24,159 bases of DNA from the IMG/VR virus record IMGVR_UViG_3300031519_008241, positions 1 through 24,159 of that record; one strand, written 5' to 3'. Position numbers and translations under genes: made by a program. The notes under the pieces are model-generated. The model was not told the origin of the DNA. It saw only the letters and a program-made list of their open reading frames with translations, and ran no database searches. The DNA comes from a virus. Its lineage: Duplodnaviria > Caudoviricetes. Shown in pieces: positions 14,337-22,508 of this stretch (within the stretch, counting starts at the first letter, position 1; every line of letters starts with the position of its first letter).

Positions 14337-14431
14337 ACGCTTGTTACCAAGGTCTTTTTTGGTGCCACATTCGTGAAGAATTTCATAGATGGCCAGAGCA
14401 CATTAGCTTTTACGTTAGCAAAAGAATCTAG
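14273..14431 (+). CDS. possible small hypothetical protein (52 aa, ...DACYQGLFWCHIREEFHRWPEH...)
   Basis: Hand-translated; fills the gap before 14452 but overlaps bfd by 64 nt. Confidence 0.4.
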   Translation: MRERSKNSSGTDNVSKSSEKLDACYQGLFWCHIREEFHRWPEHISFYVSKRI

Positions 14432-14451
14432 ACAGGAAGAAGGAAAAAACC

Positions 14452-14652
14452 ATGCTGCCCTGCCCTTTTTGTAAAAATCCTTTAGGGTTTTCACTTGATT
14501 TCATTATAAAAAATCCTATATCTGCCTGTCCGGGGTGTAAAACAGTCTTCAACTTTGCTGTTGAGGATGAAATCAAAGGCAAGATGAATAAGGCATTGCA
14601 TGAAATTGAAACCGTAAAAAAGCGTTACCAAGGTTTGGTAAAATTTAATTAA
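14452..14652 (+). CDS. Zn-ribbon protein (CPFC...CPGC) with C-terminal helix
   Basis: Two CxxC pairs; AAGGA RBS; immediately upstream of the DUF2589 pair. Confidence 0.75.
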   Translation: MLPCPFCKNPLGFSLDFIIKNPISACPGCKTVFNFAVEDEIKGKMNKALHEIETVKKRYQGLVKFN

Positions 14653-14660
14653 GGATATAA

Positions 14661-15263
14661 ATGAGTATAGCAAGCAAATTTGTCGGTCTTCCGATCGAAC
14701 AATTGATTACTGCCCCGATTATCGGTATGGCAAAAGGTCAAGCACAGCTCAACGATGTTACTTGGCAATACATTCAAGAAGTAGCATTTACAAAAGATGA
14801 GAAAACTGGTAAAACAGTAGCACGATCTCTTGACGTTGAGATGAACCGAGTTATGACGGACGGCGAAACAGGGGAGCAATCAGTACAAACTTTGTATAGT
14901 AAAGTTCCAATGTTGCCACTAGTACCTCTGCCCTCTCTCGCAATCACATCAGCAGATATTAGCTTTATGATGGAAGTACAAACTTCTACTCAGGACACTA
15001 ATGAAGTTAAGAGTGAAAGTGAGATCAAAGCATCTATCTCCGGGGGTTTTTGGGGTGCAAAATATAAAGCATCTATCTCTGGTAAGGTATCTACTAGTAA
15101 AGAAAGTATTCGAAAAACTGATAATACCGCAAAGTATGAAGTCGCCGTTCACGCAGAACAGTTACCTCCTACTGAAGGTATGTTGAAGTTATCTGACTAC
15201 TTGACACAAATGCTGGAGCCTTCTTTAATTCCACTGACGCAAGACCCTAATGGCGGCGGCTAA
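14661..15263 (+). CDS. DUF2589 family protein
   Basis: FVGLPIEQLITAP...A..Q..L, VPMLPLVPLPSLAI..ADISF.MEV, AKYEV.VHAEQ...EG...L...L. Confidence 0.85.
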   Translation: MSIASKFVGLPIEQLITAPIIGMAKGQAQLNDVTWQYIQEVAFTKDEKTGKTVARSLDVEMNRVMTDGETGEQSVQTLYSKVPMLPLVPLPSLAITSADISFMMEVQTSTQDTNEVKSESEIKASISGGFWGAKYKASISGKVSTSKESIRKTDNTAKYEVAVHAEQLPPTEGMLKLSDYLTQMLEPSLIPLTQDPNGGG

Positions 15264-15289
15264 ACTACACTAAATTCTAGGATAAGAAT

Positions 15290-15769
15290 ATGTCAAAATT
15301 AAGTATTGAAGAGCTAGTTTCCGGACTGTTGGAAAGTGCGATGGTAGCCCAAAGTATTAGTCAACAGCAACATATCAATTCATTAAAAAATTACTTTAAT
15401 GATGACGGTACTCCCAAAGTAGTCTCGTTCCAAGTTGATGGTAGGCACATAGATTTCCCTCTTTATATTCTAGCAGATCATGGGTCTGTTGGACTTGATA
15501 AGTTAGATATTGAATTCGAAGCTAGGTTATTATTTGGCCAAAGTGGGGATGAGGTATCTCAAGTAAAGAAAGATGTTATGGGTCTATTCAAAGAAAAGGG
15601 GGATGCTTATAAACACAATATTAAATCTATTACTGTAGACAGTTCAAAATCTGAAAATTCTGGTGTTGCAAAAATTAAAGTACGTTTTAAAGCAGACGAG
15701 AGGCCGGAAGCTGTATCCCGGCTTCTCGATTTATACATTAATAGTCTAGAAGATCCGACACAACGATGA
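15290..15769 (+). CDS. DUF2589 family protein (second, divergent paralogue)
   Basis: ELVSGL..SA..AQ....QQH...L..YF..DGTP, P...LA.H....LD...IEFE, I.V.FK....PEAV.RL.D. Confidence 0.8.
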   Translation: MSKLSIEELVSGLLESAMVAQSISQQQHINSLKNYFNDDGTPKVVSFQVDGRHIDFPLYILADHGSVGLDKLDIEFEARLLFGQSGDEVSQVKKDVMGLFKEKGDAYKHNIKSITVDSSKSENSGVAKIKVRFKADERPEAVSRLLDLYINSLEDPTQR

Positions 15770-16035
15770 AAGGAATAGAAGAAGTGGAATTAAATAAATT
15801 GAAACAGCTAGTAATTGCTATGGAAGAATGTGGCGAGCTAATTCGAGCCTGTTCTAAAGTATTAAGACATGGGACTGTAGACGACCCTAAGTACCTACAA
15901 AATCTTACTGAAGAAATGGCAGATGTTATTGCTATGATGAGAATTCTTAAAGATGCCTATCATATAGATGCCAGTAATCTAGAGGATTTAGTACAGAAAA
16001 GACTAACAAAAATGAATCAGCAGGGGTATAGCTGA
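15766..16035 (+). CDS. MazG-like nucleotide pyrophosphohydrolase (single domain)
   Basis: MEECGELIRACSK...LTEEMADV gives the ExxE...ExxD motif. Confidence 0.85.
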   Translation: MKGIEEVELNKLKQLVIAMEECGELIRACSKVLRHGTVDDPKYLQNLTEEMADVIAMMRILKDAYHIDASNLEDLVQKRLTKMNQQGYS

Positions 16036-16127
16036 TGTTTAGTTTAGTTATACTGTTTTGGATTTTCATTCTAGTACTGTGTTCCGGGTCTGTATATTTA
16101 AGTGAGAAAGAAGACGAAAATTCTTGA
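16035..16127 (+). CDS. small single-TM peptide (30 aa)
   Basis: TGATG overlap; MFSLVILFWIFILVLCSGSVYLSEKEDENS. Confidence 0.45.
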   Translation: MFSLVILFWIFILVLCSGSVYLSEKEDENS

Positions 16128-16152
16128 CATTGTAGTCAAAATCTTATATAAT
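16124..16152 (+). promoter_or_regulatory. sigma70 promoter TTGACA-17-TATAAT
   Basis: TTGACA 16124-16129 and TATAAT 16147-16152. Confidence 0.9.
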
Positions 16153-16181
16153 AACATTTCAACTAGCGGGAGTATACCAAA

Positions 16182-16781
16182 ATTAATCTGTTTTATTTAG
16201 ATAAAGACCTTGATCTTTGTGCTCAATATCATGTGGACAAACACGTAAATAAAATGATATTAGAAGCTGCACAGCTTATATGTACAAATCTATGGGTAGA
16301 TCATTTATTTGGTTTCGTACCTCGCCCTATAACAAAAGAAGAAAACACACTATTGCAAACTACTCGCAAAGAGCAGAAAGAGCTTCCTATGGAGGCTCGT
16401 GTGTTTCCATACCTACCTACAATGCAAAATCACCCTTCCGCGGTGTGGGTACGTTCCTCATTAGAAAATTTCTGTTGGACTCACAACTATGCAAACGCAT
16501 TAGGCAGTGAAGCGCACTATAGATATGGAAGTAGGCATAAAAGCTTAGAAATGATTAATAGTCTTCCTGAGCCAAAAAATATGGAAGACCATGGGTTTAC
16601 TCAATTCGCCCTTGCAATGACAGAAGAGTTAAAAGATTACGATAATCCTATAGATTCTTATAGAATGTTCTATATGCTAGACAAAGGCACAATGGCTGAG
16701 TGGAAGCATAGGGATAAGCCCCATTGGTGGGACGAAGAATTATGTGATTATGAAACTAGAATTAGTAGGAGAGAAAAATGA
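16182..16781 (+). CDS. pyrimidine dimer DNA glycosylase/endonuclease V-like family protein, probable ATT start
   Basis: (I)NLFYLDKDLDLCAQYHVDKHVNKMILEAAQL, NHPSAVWVR, FALAM, YR.FY..DK, W..R.KP.WW. The family N-terminus extends 17 codons upstream of the track start. Confidence 0.82.
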   Translation: MNLFYLDKDLDLCAQYHVDKHVNKMILEAAQLICTNLWVDHLFGFVPRPITKEENTLLQTTRKEQKELPMEARVFPYLPTMQNHPSAVWVRSSLENFCWTHNYANALGSEAHYRYGSRHKSLEMINSLPEPKNMEDHGFTQFALAMTEELKDYDNPIDSYRMFYMLDKGTMAEWKHRDKPHWWDEELCDYETRISRREK

Positions 16782-17455
16782 CAAATGTAAGCCTTATAGG
16801 AATGACAACCCCCAGTGCGACTAGTGGTTGTCATAGTGCAGCAGAGCTAATTGCCTATGCCGCTCGGGTGAGTAATCCTAATAATCAAAATAATTTAAAA
16901 ACAGCAAGCAAACTATTAGGATACCTTATTAGAGAAGGACATTGGTCTCCATTTGAAATGGTAAGTGTCACTATGGAAATTGAAACTACTAGAGATATTG
17001 CAAGACAGATTTTACGTCATCGTTCTTTCTCATTTCAGGAGTTTAGTCAAAGATACGCTGACCCTACCAAAGATCTTAGTTTTAATACTAGAGCTGCAAG
17101 ACTGCAAGATCCTAAGAATAGACAAAATAGTATAGAGTCTGATAATGATGGGTTAGAGATTGCGTGGCATCAGATACAAAGAGAAGTAATTAGAGCGTCT
17201 ACTGAGGCATATAAGTGGGCTATTGATAAGGGTATCGCTAAAGAGCAGGCAAGGGCTGTATTACCAGAAGGAAATACTGTAAGTCGTCTGTATATGAGCG
17301 GTACACTACGTTCTTGGATTCACTACTGTGATCTTAGACGATCTCATGGCACACAAAAAGAGCATATCGAAGTTGCTAATATTGCTTGGGAGATACTAGG
17401 AGTACATTTTCCAGATATTATTAAAGCAGTAGAGGATAATGAATATCATGTATAA
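16778..17455 (+). CDS. thyX: flavin-dependent thymidylate synthase ThyX
   Basis: GHWSPFE, RHRSFSFQEFSQRY, KEQARAVLP, LRSW.HY.DLR...TQKEH. Confidence 0.97.
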   Translation: MTNVSLIGMTTPSATSGCHSAAELIAYAARVSNPNNQNNLKTASKLLGYLIREGHWSPFEMVSVTMEIETTRDIARQILRHRSFSFQEFSQRYADPTKDLSFNTRAARLQDPKNRQNSIESDNDGLEIAWHQIQREVIRASTEAYKWAIDKGIAKEQARAVLPEGNTVSRLYMSGTLRSWIHYCDLRRSHGTQKEHIEVANIAWEILGVHFPDIIKAVEDNEYHV

Positions 17456-17606
17456 TAAGGATAGAAGAAAGCCTAAGCACTACAATTATATTGATTATAC
17501 TAACTCGACTAAAGATATAGAAAATATGTTAAAAATTTGCTATAATTTATGTTTGAGTGTTGCTTTTATAGGTCTTTTATTAATTGGAGTAATGATAGTA
17601 ATATGA
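17439..17606 (+). CDS. small protein with C-terminal TM helix (55 aa)
   Basis: Hand-translated; GAGGA RBS; ATGA overlap with the next gene. Confidence 0.55.
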   Translation: MNIMYNKDRRKPKHYNYIDYTNSTKDIENMLKICYNLCLSVAFIGLLLIGVMIVI

Positions 17607-17971
17607 GCAATGGAAAAAAGTTCGATTCAGAAAAGGCTAGAATGTACCTACTCCCTCCTAAAGCTACTGTAGAAGTATCTAATGTTTTAACTTTTGGGGC
17701 TAAAAAGTATGATGAACAGAACTGGAGAAAGTTAGATAACTTACAGAATAGATACACGGGGGGTGCACTTCGGCACATATTTGCACATATGGATGGCGAG
17801 TTAAACGATGAAGACTCAGGGTATTCTCATTTAGCTCACGCGATCTGTTGCTTATTATTTAAATTGGAGATAGAATTAGAAGATGGCAAGAATAAAAAAG
17901 AAGGACTACGAGGACTTGACAGACTCGAATATAGCAAAGATTATAGAACTAATGAGTACGGAGAATGGTAA
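17603..17971 (+). CDS. dATP/dGTP diphosphohydrolase domain protein (DUF5664)
   Basis: GKKFD..K....LLP, VLTFGAKKY...NW, RY..ALRH, GE..D.DSG..HLAHA.C. Start reassigned to ATG 17603. Confidence 0.9.
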   Translation: MSNGKKFDSEKARMYLLPPKATVEVSNVLTFGAKKYDEQNWRKLDNLQNRYTGGALRHIFAHMDGELNDEDSGYSHLAHAICCLLFKLEIELEDGKNKKEGLRGLDRLEYSKDYRTNEYGEW

Positions 17972-18599
17972 CAAACCTATAACTAAAAAACAAGCGTGTG
18001 ATATTCTCAATATTTCTTATAATACTAGCAGACTTGATAAAATTATATCTGAGTACTTAGATCATAAAGAGTATGTACTACGACGAAAAAGTGTTAATAA
18101 AGGTAAAAAGGCTACTGATGGAGAAATCAATAGTGCTATTAGTGACTATTTAAGCGGTGACAGTATTTCTGTAATTGCTAAAAGTCTTTATAGGTCTCCT
18201 TCTTTTGTAAAGAATATTATAGAAAAGACAGGAGTACCACAAAGACCTGCTAGAAAAGAGGAAAGAAGGCAGCCTATGTACCTTCCAGAAGAGTGCGTAT
18301 CAGAAAGTTTTGTAACAGATCAAATTGTTTGGTCTGCGAAGTACTTTAGCGCTGCTCAAGTACTTTCAGAAATTTCTGTAGACTATCAAGCTGAAAAACC
18401 CGGCTATAGTGATACTAACTACGAAAGTATATATGGTAATAAAGCATACTCTATATATGTTATGCGCCCCATGGCTGTTAGTGGAGACTTTATTGTTGAT
18501 GCTCCAACTATGGGAGGCTTCAATGCATTTTCATTAGCATGTGAACTTGGAAGCCTGGAACATCTTAAAGAGTACGGAATTGATTTATCACGTATCTAA
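17883..18599 (+). CDS. T5 D2-like DNA-binding protein
   Basis: PITKKQACDILNISYNTSRL and IAKSLYRSPSFVK HTH-like segments; T5 synteny. Confidence 0.8.
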   Translation: MARIKKKDYEDLTDSNIAKIIELMSTENGNKPITKKQACDILNISYNTSRLDKIISEYLDHKEYVLRRKSVNKGKKATDGEINSAISDYLSGDSISVIAKSLYRSPSFVKNIIEKTGVPQRPARKEERRQPMYLPEECVSESFVTDQIVWSAKYFSAAQVLSEISVDYQAEKPGYSDTNYESIYGNKAYSIYVMRPMAVSGDFIVDAPTMGGFNAFSLACELGSLEHLKEYGIDLSRI

Positions 18600-18608
18600 A
18601 AAAATATC

Positions 18609-18637
18609 TTGACATTTATATAAAATTCTTCTATAAT
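18609..18637 (+). promoter_or_regulatory. sigma70 promoter TTGACA-17-TATAAT
   Basis: TTGACA 18609-18614 and TATAAT 18632-18637. Confidence 0.9.
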
Positions 18638-18667
18638 ATATTTTTATGAAGTGAGGAAACCAAAAAG

Positions 18668-19117
18668 ATGGGCGACCGATTTTATATGCAACAATTAGAA
18701 ACTCTGGGTACTTGCCCAGGTTATTTTGGAAAACCAAAAAGGAAAAGACCGATGGCGTGGGATGACGATAAAAAAGCACGAGCAGTAAGTATGTACGAAG
18801 AATCTGCTCCAACCCCCGAAACCTCAGTAGAGATCGTAAAAGAAATCGCTGATGAATTAGATGAAACTGCAAATGGTGTAAGAATGATTCTTACTAAAGC
18901 AGGCGTCTATATCAAGAAAACCCCAGCTACAGGATCAGCTAAAACTGCTTCTACTAGTAGTACTGGAGGCACACGAGTATCAAAAGCAGCATCTATTGAA
19001 GCACTATCTCAGGCATTAACTGATGCCGGACAAGAAGTAGATGAAGATGTTGTTAGTAAATTAACAGGTAAGGCGGCTCAATTCTTTACCGGAGTTGTGA
19101 CAGCGCTTAACAATTAA
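18668..19117 (+). CDS. T5 D3-like protein (alternative start at 18752)
   Basis: WDDDKK...EIADEL..TANGVRMILTKAGVYIKK...RVSK...KLTGKAA; T5 synteny. Confidence 0.82.
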   Translation: MGDRFYMQQLETLGTCPGYFGKPKRKRPMAWDDDKKARAVSMYEESAPTPETSVEIVKEIADELDETANGVRMILTKAGVYIKKTPATGSAKTASTSSTGGTRVSKAASIEALSQALTDAGQEVDEDVVSKLTGKAAQFFTGVVTALNN

Positions 19118-19146
19118 TAGCTTTTCTCCGAAGCAGCCCTGAAGCC

Positions 19147-19164
19147 CCCGTCAGAGATGGCGGG
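19147..19164 (+). terminator. GC hairpin after D3 (terminator or processing site)
   Basis: CCCGTCA-GAGA-TGGCGGG with a weak U-tract. Confidence 0.5.
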
Positions 19165-19224
19165 AGGTTTCCCTATATTCAGTACGGCAAAAGATTTTGC
19201 TAACCTGCTTTATAGGAGCAAACT

Positions 19225-19494
19225 GTGAAGAAAGAAGAACTCACGCACTTAATGGGTCTCTATGGTGATGCTGTTATCACTTATAGAAGTCAGAACTCGA
19301 ATAAACTAAAGTATAATGTGTGTACTTTAGAATTCAGCACTGATTATATCCAGAAAAAGAAAAACAGAGCTAAAGAAACTGACGACACGTTATTAATGTT
19401 TTGTTGGGACACTGACTCTTTTCGGCTAATGAAGCCGGGGAATATCACAAGTGTTGTTCCTCTAGCTTCGATTCTTAAAAACAATCGGAGTTAG
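19225..19494 (+). CDS. conserved T5-like hypothetical protein (SH3/WYL-like barrel)
   Basis: AGGAG RBS with GTG start; CTL.F..DYI...FCWD.DSFR motif; position between D3 and the PC4-like gene. Confidence 0.7.
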   Translation: MKKEELTHLMGLYGDAVITYRSQNSNKLKYNVCTLEFSTDYIQKKKNRAKETDDTLLMFCWDTDSFRLMKPGNITSVVPLASILKNNRS

Positions 19495-19496
19495 AT

Positions 19497-19799
19497 ATGG
19501 AATTATTCGAAGAGCCTAGTATTTACGAAAGGATAATACACACTGATGAAGTTAAAGGAGATCAAGTACGACTTACCGTTAGTACTTTTCGTGGGGTTGA
19601 GTATATTAGCCTCCGAAAGTTTTATCTGGATTTCCATGAAGAATGGAAACCTACCAGAAACGGTGTCACAATGCCTATTGATTTCACGAACTCCCGAGAA
19701 TTATTTATTGGGCTTACCGAAATTTTGTCCCTTGCTGAGTCAAGAGATGTAATTGAGGAAAACTTTAAAGATCTACTCGTAGACCTTTATGCGAAATAA
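19497..19799 (+). CDS. PC4/p15-like ssDNA-binding protein
   Basis: RLTVSTFRGVEYISLRKFY.D...EWKPTRNGVTMP. Confidence 0.88.
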   Translation: MELFEEPSIYERIIHTDEVKGDQVRLTVSTFRGVEYISLRKFYLDFHEEWKPTRNGVTMPIDFTNSRELFIGLTEILSLAESRDVIEENFKDLLVDLYAK

Positions 19800-19826
19800 T
19801 TCTTAGGAATAGGGAGTAAATAGTTC

Positions 19827-19855
19827 TTGACTTTTACCGCTTTTGCCAGTATAAT
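19827..19855 (+). promoter_or_regulatory. sigma70 promoter TTGACT-17-TATAAT
   Basis: TTGACT 19827-19832 and TATAAT 19850-19855. Confidence 0.88.
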
Positions 19856-19883
19856 ATACATTCAAATTTAGGAATAATATAGA

Positions 19884-20843
19884 TTGAAAACTTTTCTTGA
19901 CAACGCATCTAAGGCATATTATGAGGGCAACCCTATTCTATCTGATGCCGAGTTTGATTCTTTAGCGGCTAAATACAACTATATATCAGTAGGACATACC
20001 GTCACAGATGGTATTCCTCATCTATATAAAATGTATTCACTAGAAAAAGAAACATTAGAAGATACCTCTTTCTTGTCTCGACTCCTTGAGTTGCAGACAG
20101 TAGAAAATAGAATCTGTACATCTAAATTAGATGGCGCTGCGATCTCTATCGTGTACGTTAATGGCTACCTAGCAGTAGCTCTTACCCGAGGCGATGGAAA
20201 TATTGGTAGAGATATTACCGATAAAATTGGTACTATTGTCCCTAAAACAATAACTCACCAAGGCACAGTGCAAATTACTGGGGAAGTTGTATGCCCCGAA
20301 TCTGTAAATAATTCTCGTAACGCGGCTGCTGGGTCACTGAACCTCAAAAGCTTAGCAGAATTCCGTCAGCGTCCGGTAACTTTTGTTGCTTACGATTGTC
20401 AGAGTAATGCTGGGTTTGCCGCAAATGAGGATAATTATGCAGTTATGTTAGACAAACTAGCCCTTGAAGGCTTCAACGTGATTACTCACTTTGACGCATC
20501 GAATTATCCAACTGATGGGATAGTTTGTAGAGTTTCGTCTAATAGCAAGTATAACAACTTAGGTTATACTAGTCATCATCCTAGGGGAGCTGTTGCTCTC
20601 AAATCAAAGAAAGATGGTATAGTAACTACTCTGGAAGATGTAGTGTGGCAGATAGGTAAATCTGGAGCAGTAAGCCCTGTGGGTATATTGACTCCTGTTC
20701 TCATTGGGGATGCGGAAGTGTCCCGAGCTACTTTACATAATATAGAGTACATCAGAGACCTAAACTTAGAGATAGGTTGCAGTGTTGAGGTAATACGGAG
20801 TGGAGAAATCATACCCCGCATTTTACGACGAGTTGACATTTAG
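19884..20843 (+). CDS. ligA: NAD-dependent DNA ligase subunit A (adenylation + OB domains)
   Basis: YYEG.P.LSDAEFD, KLDG, LTRGDG..G.DIT, GEV, RNAAAG, DGIV, ATLHN, RSGEIIP. Confidence 0.96.
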   Translation: MKTFLDNASKAYYEGNPILSDAEFDSLAAKYNYISVGHTVTDGIPHLYKMYSLEKETLEDTSFLSRLLELQTVENRICTSKLDGAAISIVYVNGYLAVALTRGDGNIGRDITDKIGTIVPKTITHQGTVQITGEVVCPESVNNSRNAAAGSLNLKSLAEFRQRPVTFVAYDCQSNAGFAANEDNYAVMLDKLALEGFNVITHFDASNYPTDGIVCRVSSNSKYNNLGYTSHHPRGAVALKSKKDGIVTTLEDVVWQIGKSGAVSPVGILTPVLIGDAEVSRATLHNIEYIRDLNLEIGCSVEVIRSGEIIPRILRRVDI

Positions 20844-20867
20844 ATGCCACCTGGCAAAAAATATACC

Positions 20868-20896
20868 TTGACAGACAACTAATTTTCTTATATAAT
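20868..20896 (+). promoter_or_regulatory. sigma70 promoter TTGACA-17-TATAAT between the ligase halves
   Basis: TTGACA 20868-20873 and TATAAT 20891-20896. Confidence 0.88.
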
Positions 20897-20928
20897 TACT
20901 CTTTAAATACTGGAGCTACAACATCAAA

Positions 20929-21684
20929 ATGACAGCAATACTTCCTCCTACAAATTGCCCTAGTTGCAGTTCTGTCCTTGAGTGGGTAAATAATGTTATT
21001 TATTGTAGAAACCACATCTGTGGTGCCAGAGTAGAGAAAAAGGTAGAGCATTTTGCAAAGACCCTTAAAATTAAAGGTCTCGGCCCAGCTGCTATTGCAA
21101 AGCTAGGCTTGTCTGAGTTATCTGAAATATATGATATGGATGAAACTGAGATTGCAAATGCCCTTTCTTCTGAGAAACTTGGTAATAAACTTTTTATGGA
21201 AATCGAAAATAGCAGAAATGCTCCGTTAGACTTAGTTCTACCTGCTTTCGGTATTCCATTGATTGGTAACACAGCAACTAAAAAGCTGTCCACAATTATA
21301 TATTGTTTATTTGAATTAAATATTGAGACATGCAAAGCTGCTGGATTAGGCCCAAAAGCTACAGAATCTTTAATGAATTGGTACGGGACTTTTGATTCTG
21401 CTCCCTATCCTTTTGATTTTTGTTTTTCTAGTAACCAGCCTGTTTATGAGTACGAGTTTGGTAATAAAGGCGTTGTATGTATAAGCGGAAAATTGAAGAG
21501 TTTCAAGACTAAAGCTGAAGCTACAGAAGCCTTGAACCATGCTGGCTATGGAGTAAAAAGTAGTCTTACCAAGCAAGTAACTATTCTATTAAATGAAAGT
21601 GAGATAGAATCGAGTAAAACTAAACAAGCCAGAGACTCTGGCATACAAATTTCAACAAACATTAATGAATTATTGGAGATATAA
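20929..21684 (+). CDS. ligB: NAD-dependent DNA ligase subunit B (Zn finger, HhH, BRCT)
   Basis: PTNCPSC...YCRN..C, IKGLG, GIPLIG, VCISGKL BRCT domain; T5-type split ligase. Confidence 0.93.
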   Translation: MTAILPPTNCPSCSSVLEWVNNVIYCRNHICGARVEKKVEHFAKTLKIKGLGPAAIAKLGLSELSEIYDMDETEIANALSSEKLGNKLFMEIENSRNAPLDLVLPAFGIPLIGNTATKKLSTIIYCLFELNIETCKAAGLGPKATESLMNWYGTFDSAPYPFDFCFSSNQPVYEYEFGNKGVVCISGKLKSFKTKAEATEALNHAGYGVKSSLTKQVTILLNESEIESSKTKQARDSGIQISTNINELLEI

Positions 21685-21687
21685 TAA

Positions 21688-22419
21688 ATGGCACTTCCTA
21701 AGTGGACCGAAGAGCGTACTGCTCAATTAACAGCTTTCGTAGGTAATGAAAGTCCTATTTCTCAAGCAACTGTCGCAGAAGCAGCAGATACTCTTGAGAC
21801 TACCCCTCGCTCAGTTTCTAGCAAACTGCGTAAGATGGGTCTTGACGTCGAACTAGCCTCTGTTGCAGTAGGCAAATCTTTTTCAGACTCTCAAGAATCT
21901 ACGCTCCGCGCTTTTGTTACTGATAACAGCGGTGAGTACACGTATGTACAAATCGCAGATCATTTTGAAGACGGCGCGTTTTCTGCTAAATCAATCCAAG
22001 GCAAAATCTTGTCTATGGAACTGACAGCTCACGTTGCTCCTACCCCTAAAGTAGAACCTGTACGAACGTATAGTACTGCTGAAGAAGCCACTTTTACCAC
22101 TATGGTTGAAGCTGGTGCTTTCGTAGAAGATATTGCTGCTGCTCTTGGTCGAGAGATCAACTCTATTCGTGGTAAAGCTCTTAGCTTGCTGCGTTCTGGT
22201 GACATTGACGCAATCCCTCGTCAGCAGAATACTAAAGGCGGTGCAGCGGCTGATCCGTTTGCCACCCTTAGTAACATTGCGGGCATGACGGTTGAAGAAA
22301 TCGCTGATGCAATTGGCAAAACTCCACGTGGAGTTAAAACTATGCTTACTCGTCGAGGTTTAACAGCTTCTGACTATGATGGCGAAGCACGGGCTGCAAA
22401 AGCTGCCTCTGCTAGCTAA
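21688..22419 (+). CDS. T5 D5-like DNA-binding protein/transcription regulator
   Basis: KWTEERT, repeated HTH units (RSVSSKLRKMG, KSIQGKILSMELT, NSIRGKALSL, RGVKTMLTRRG); T5 synteny. Confidence 0.88.
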   Translation: MALPKWTEERTAQLTAFVGNESPISQATVAEAADTLETTPRSVSSKLRKMGLDVELASVAVGKSFSDSQESTLRAFVTDNSGEYTYVQIADHFEDGAFSAKSIQGKILSMELTAHVAPTPKVEPVRTYSTAEEATFTTMVEAGAFVEDIAAALGREINSIRGKALSLLRSGDIDAIPRQQNTKGGAAADPFATLSNIAGMTVEEIADAIGKTPRGVKTMLTRRGLTASDYDGEARAAKAASAS

Positions 22420-22452
22420 TAAGTATTTACTAATATAAATTAGTAGAAAATA

Positions 22453-22488
22453 ACCGCTACGGGGTTTACGCTCCGTAGCGGTATCTTT
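22453..22488 (+). terminator. intrinsic terminator-like hairpin after D5
   Basis: ACCGCTACGGGG-TTTACG-CTCCGTAGCGGT followed by ATCTTT. Confidence 0.7.
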
Positions 22489-22508
22489 AATGTTCGGGGG
22501 AACGACAG

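Noticed and set aside
17549-17602. Upstream start for DUF5664
   Set aside because: The family motif begins at MSNGKKFD (17603), and the upstream part is occupied by a coupled small ORF.
20844-20928. Frameshifted ligase pseudogene or intron
   Set aside because: Both halves are intact with their own start signals, and the split is a known T5 feature.
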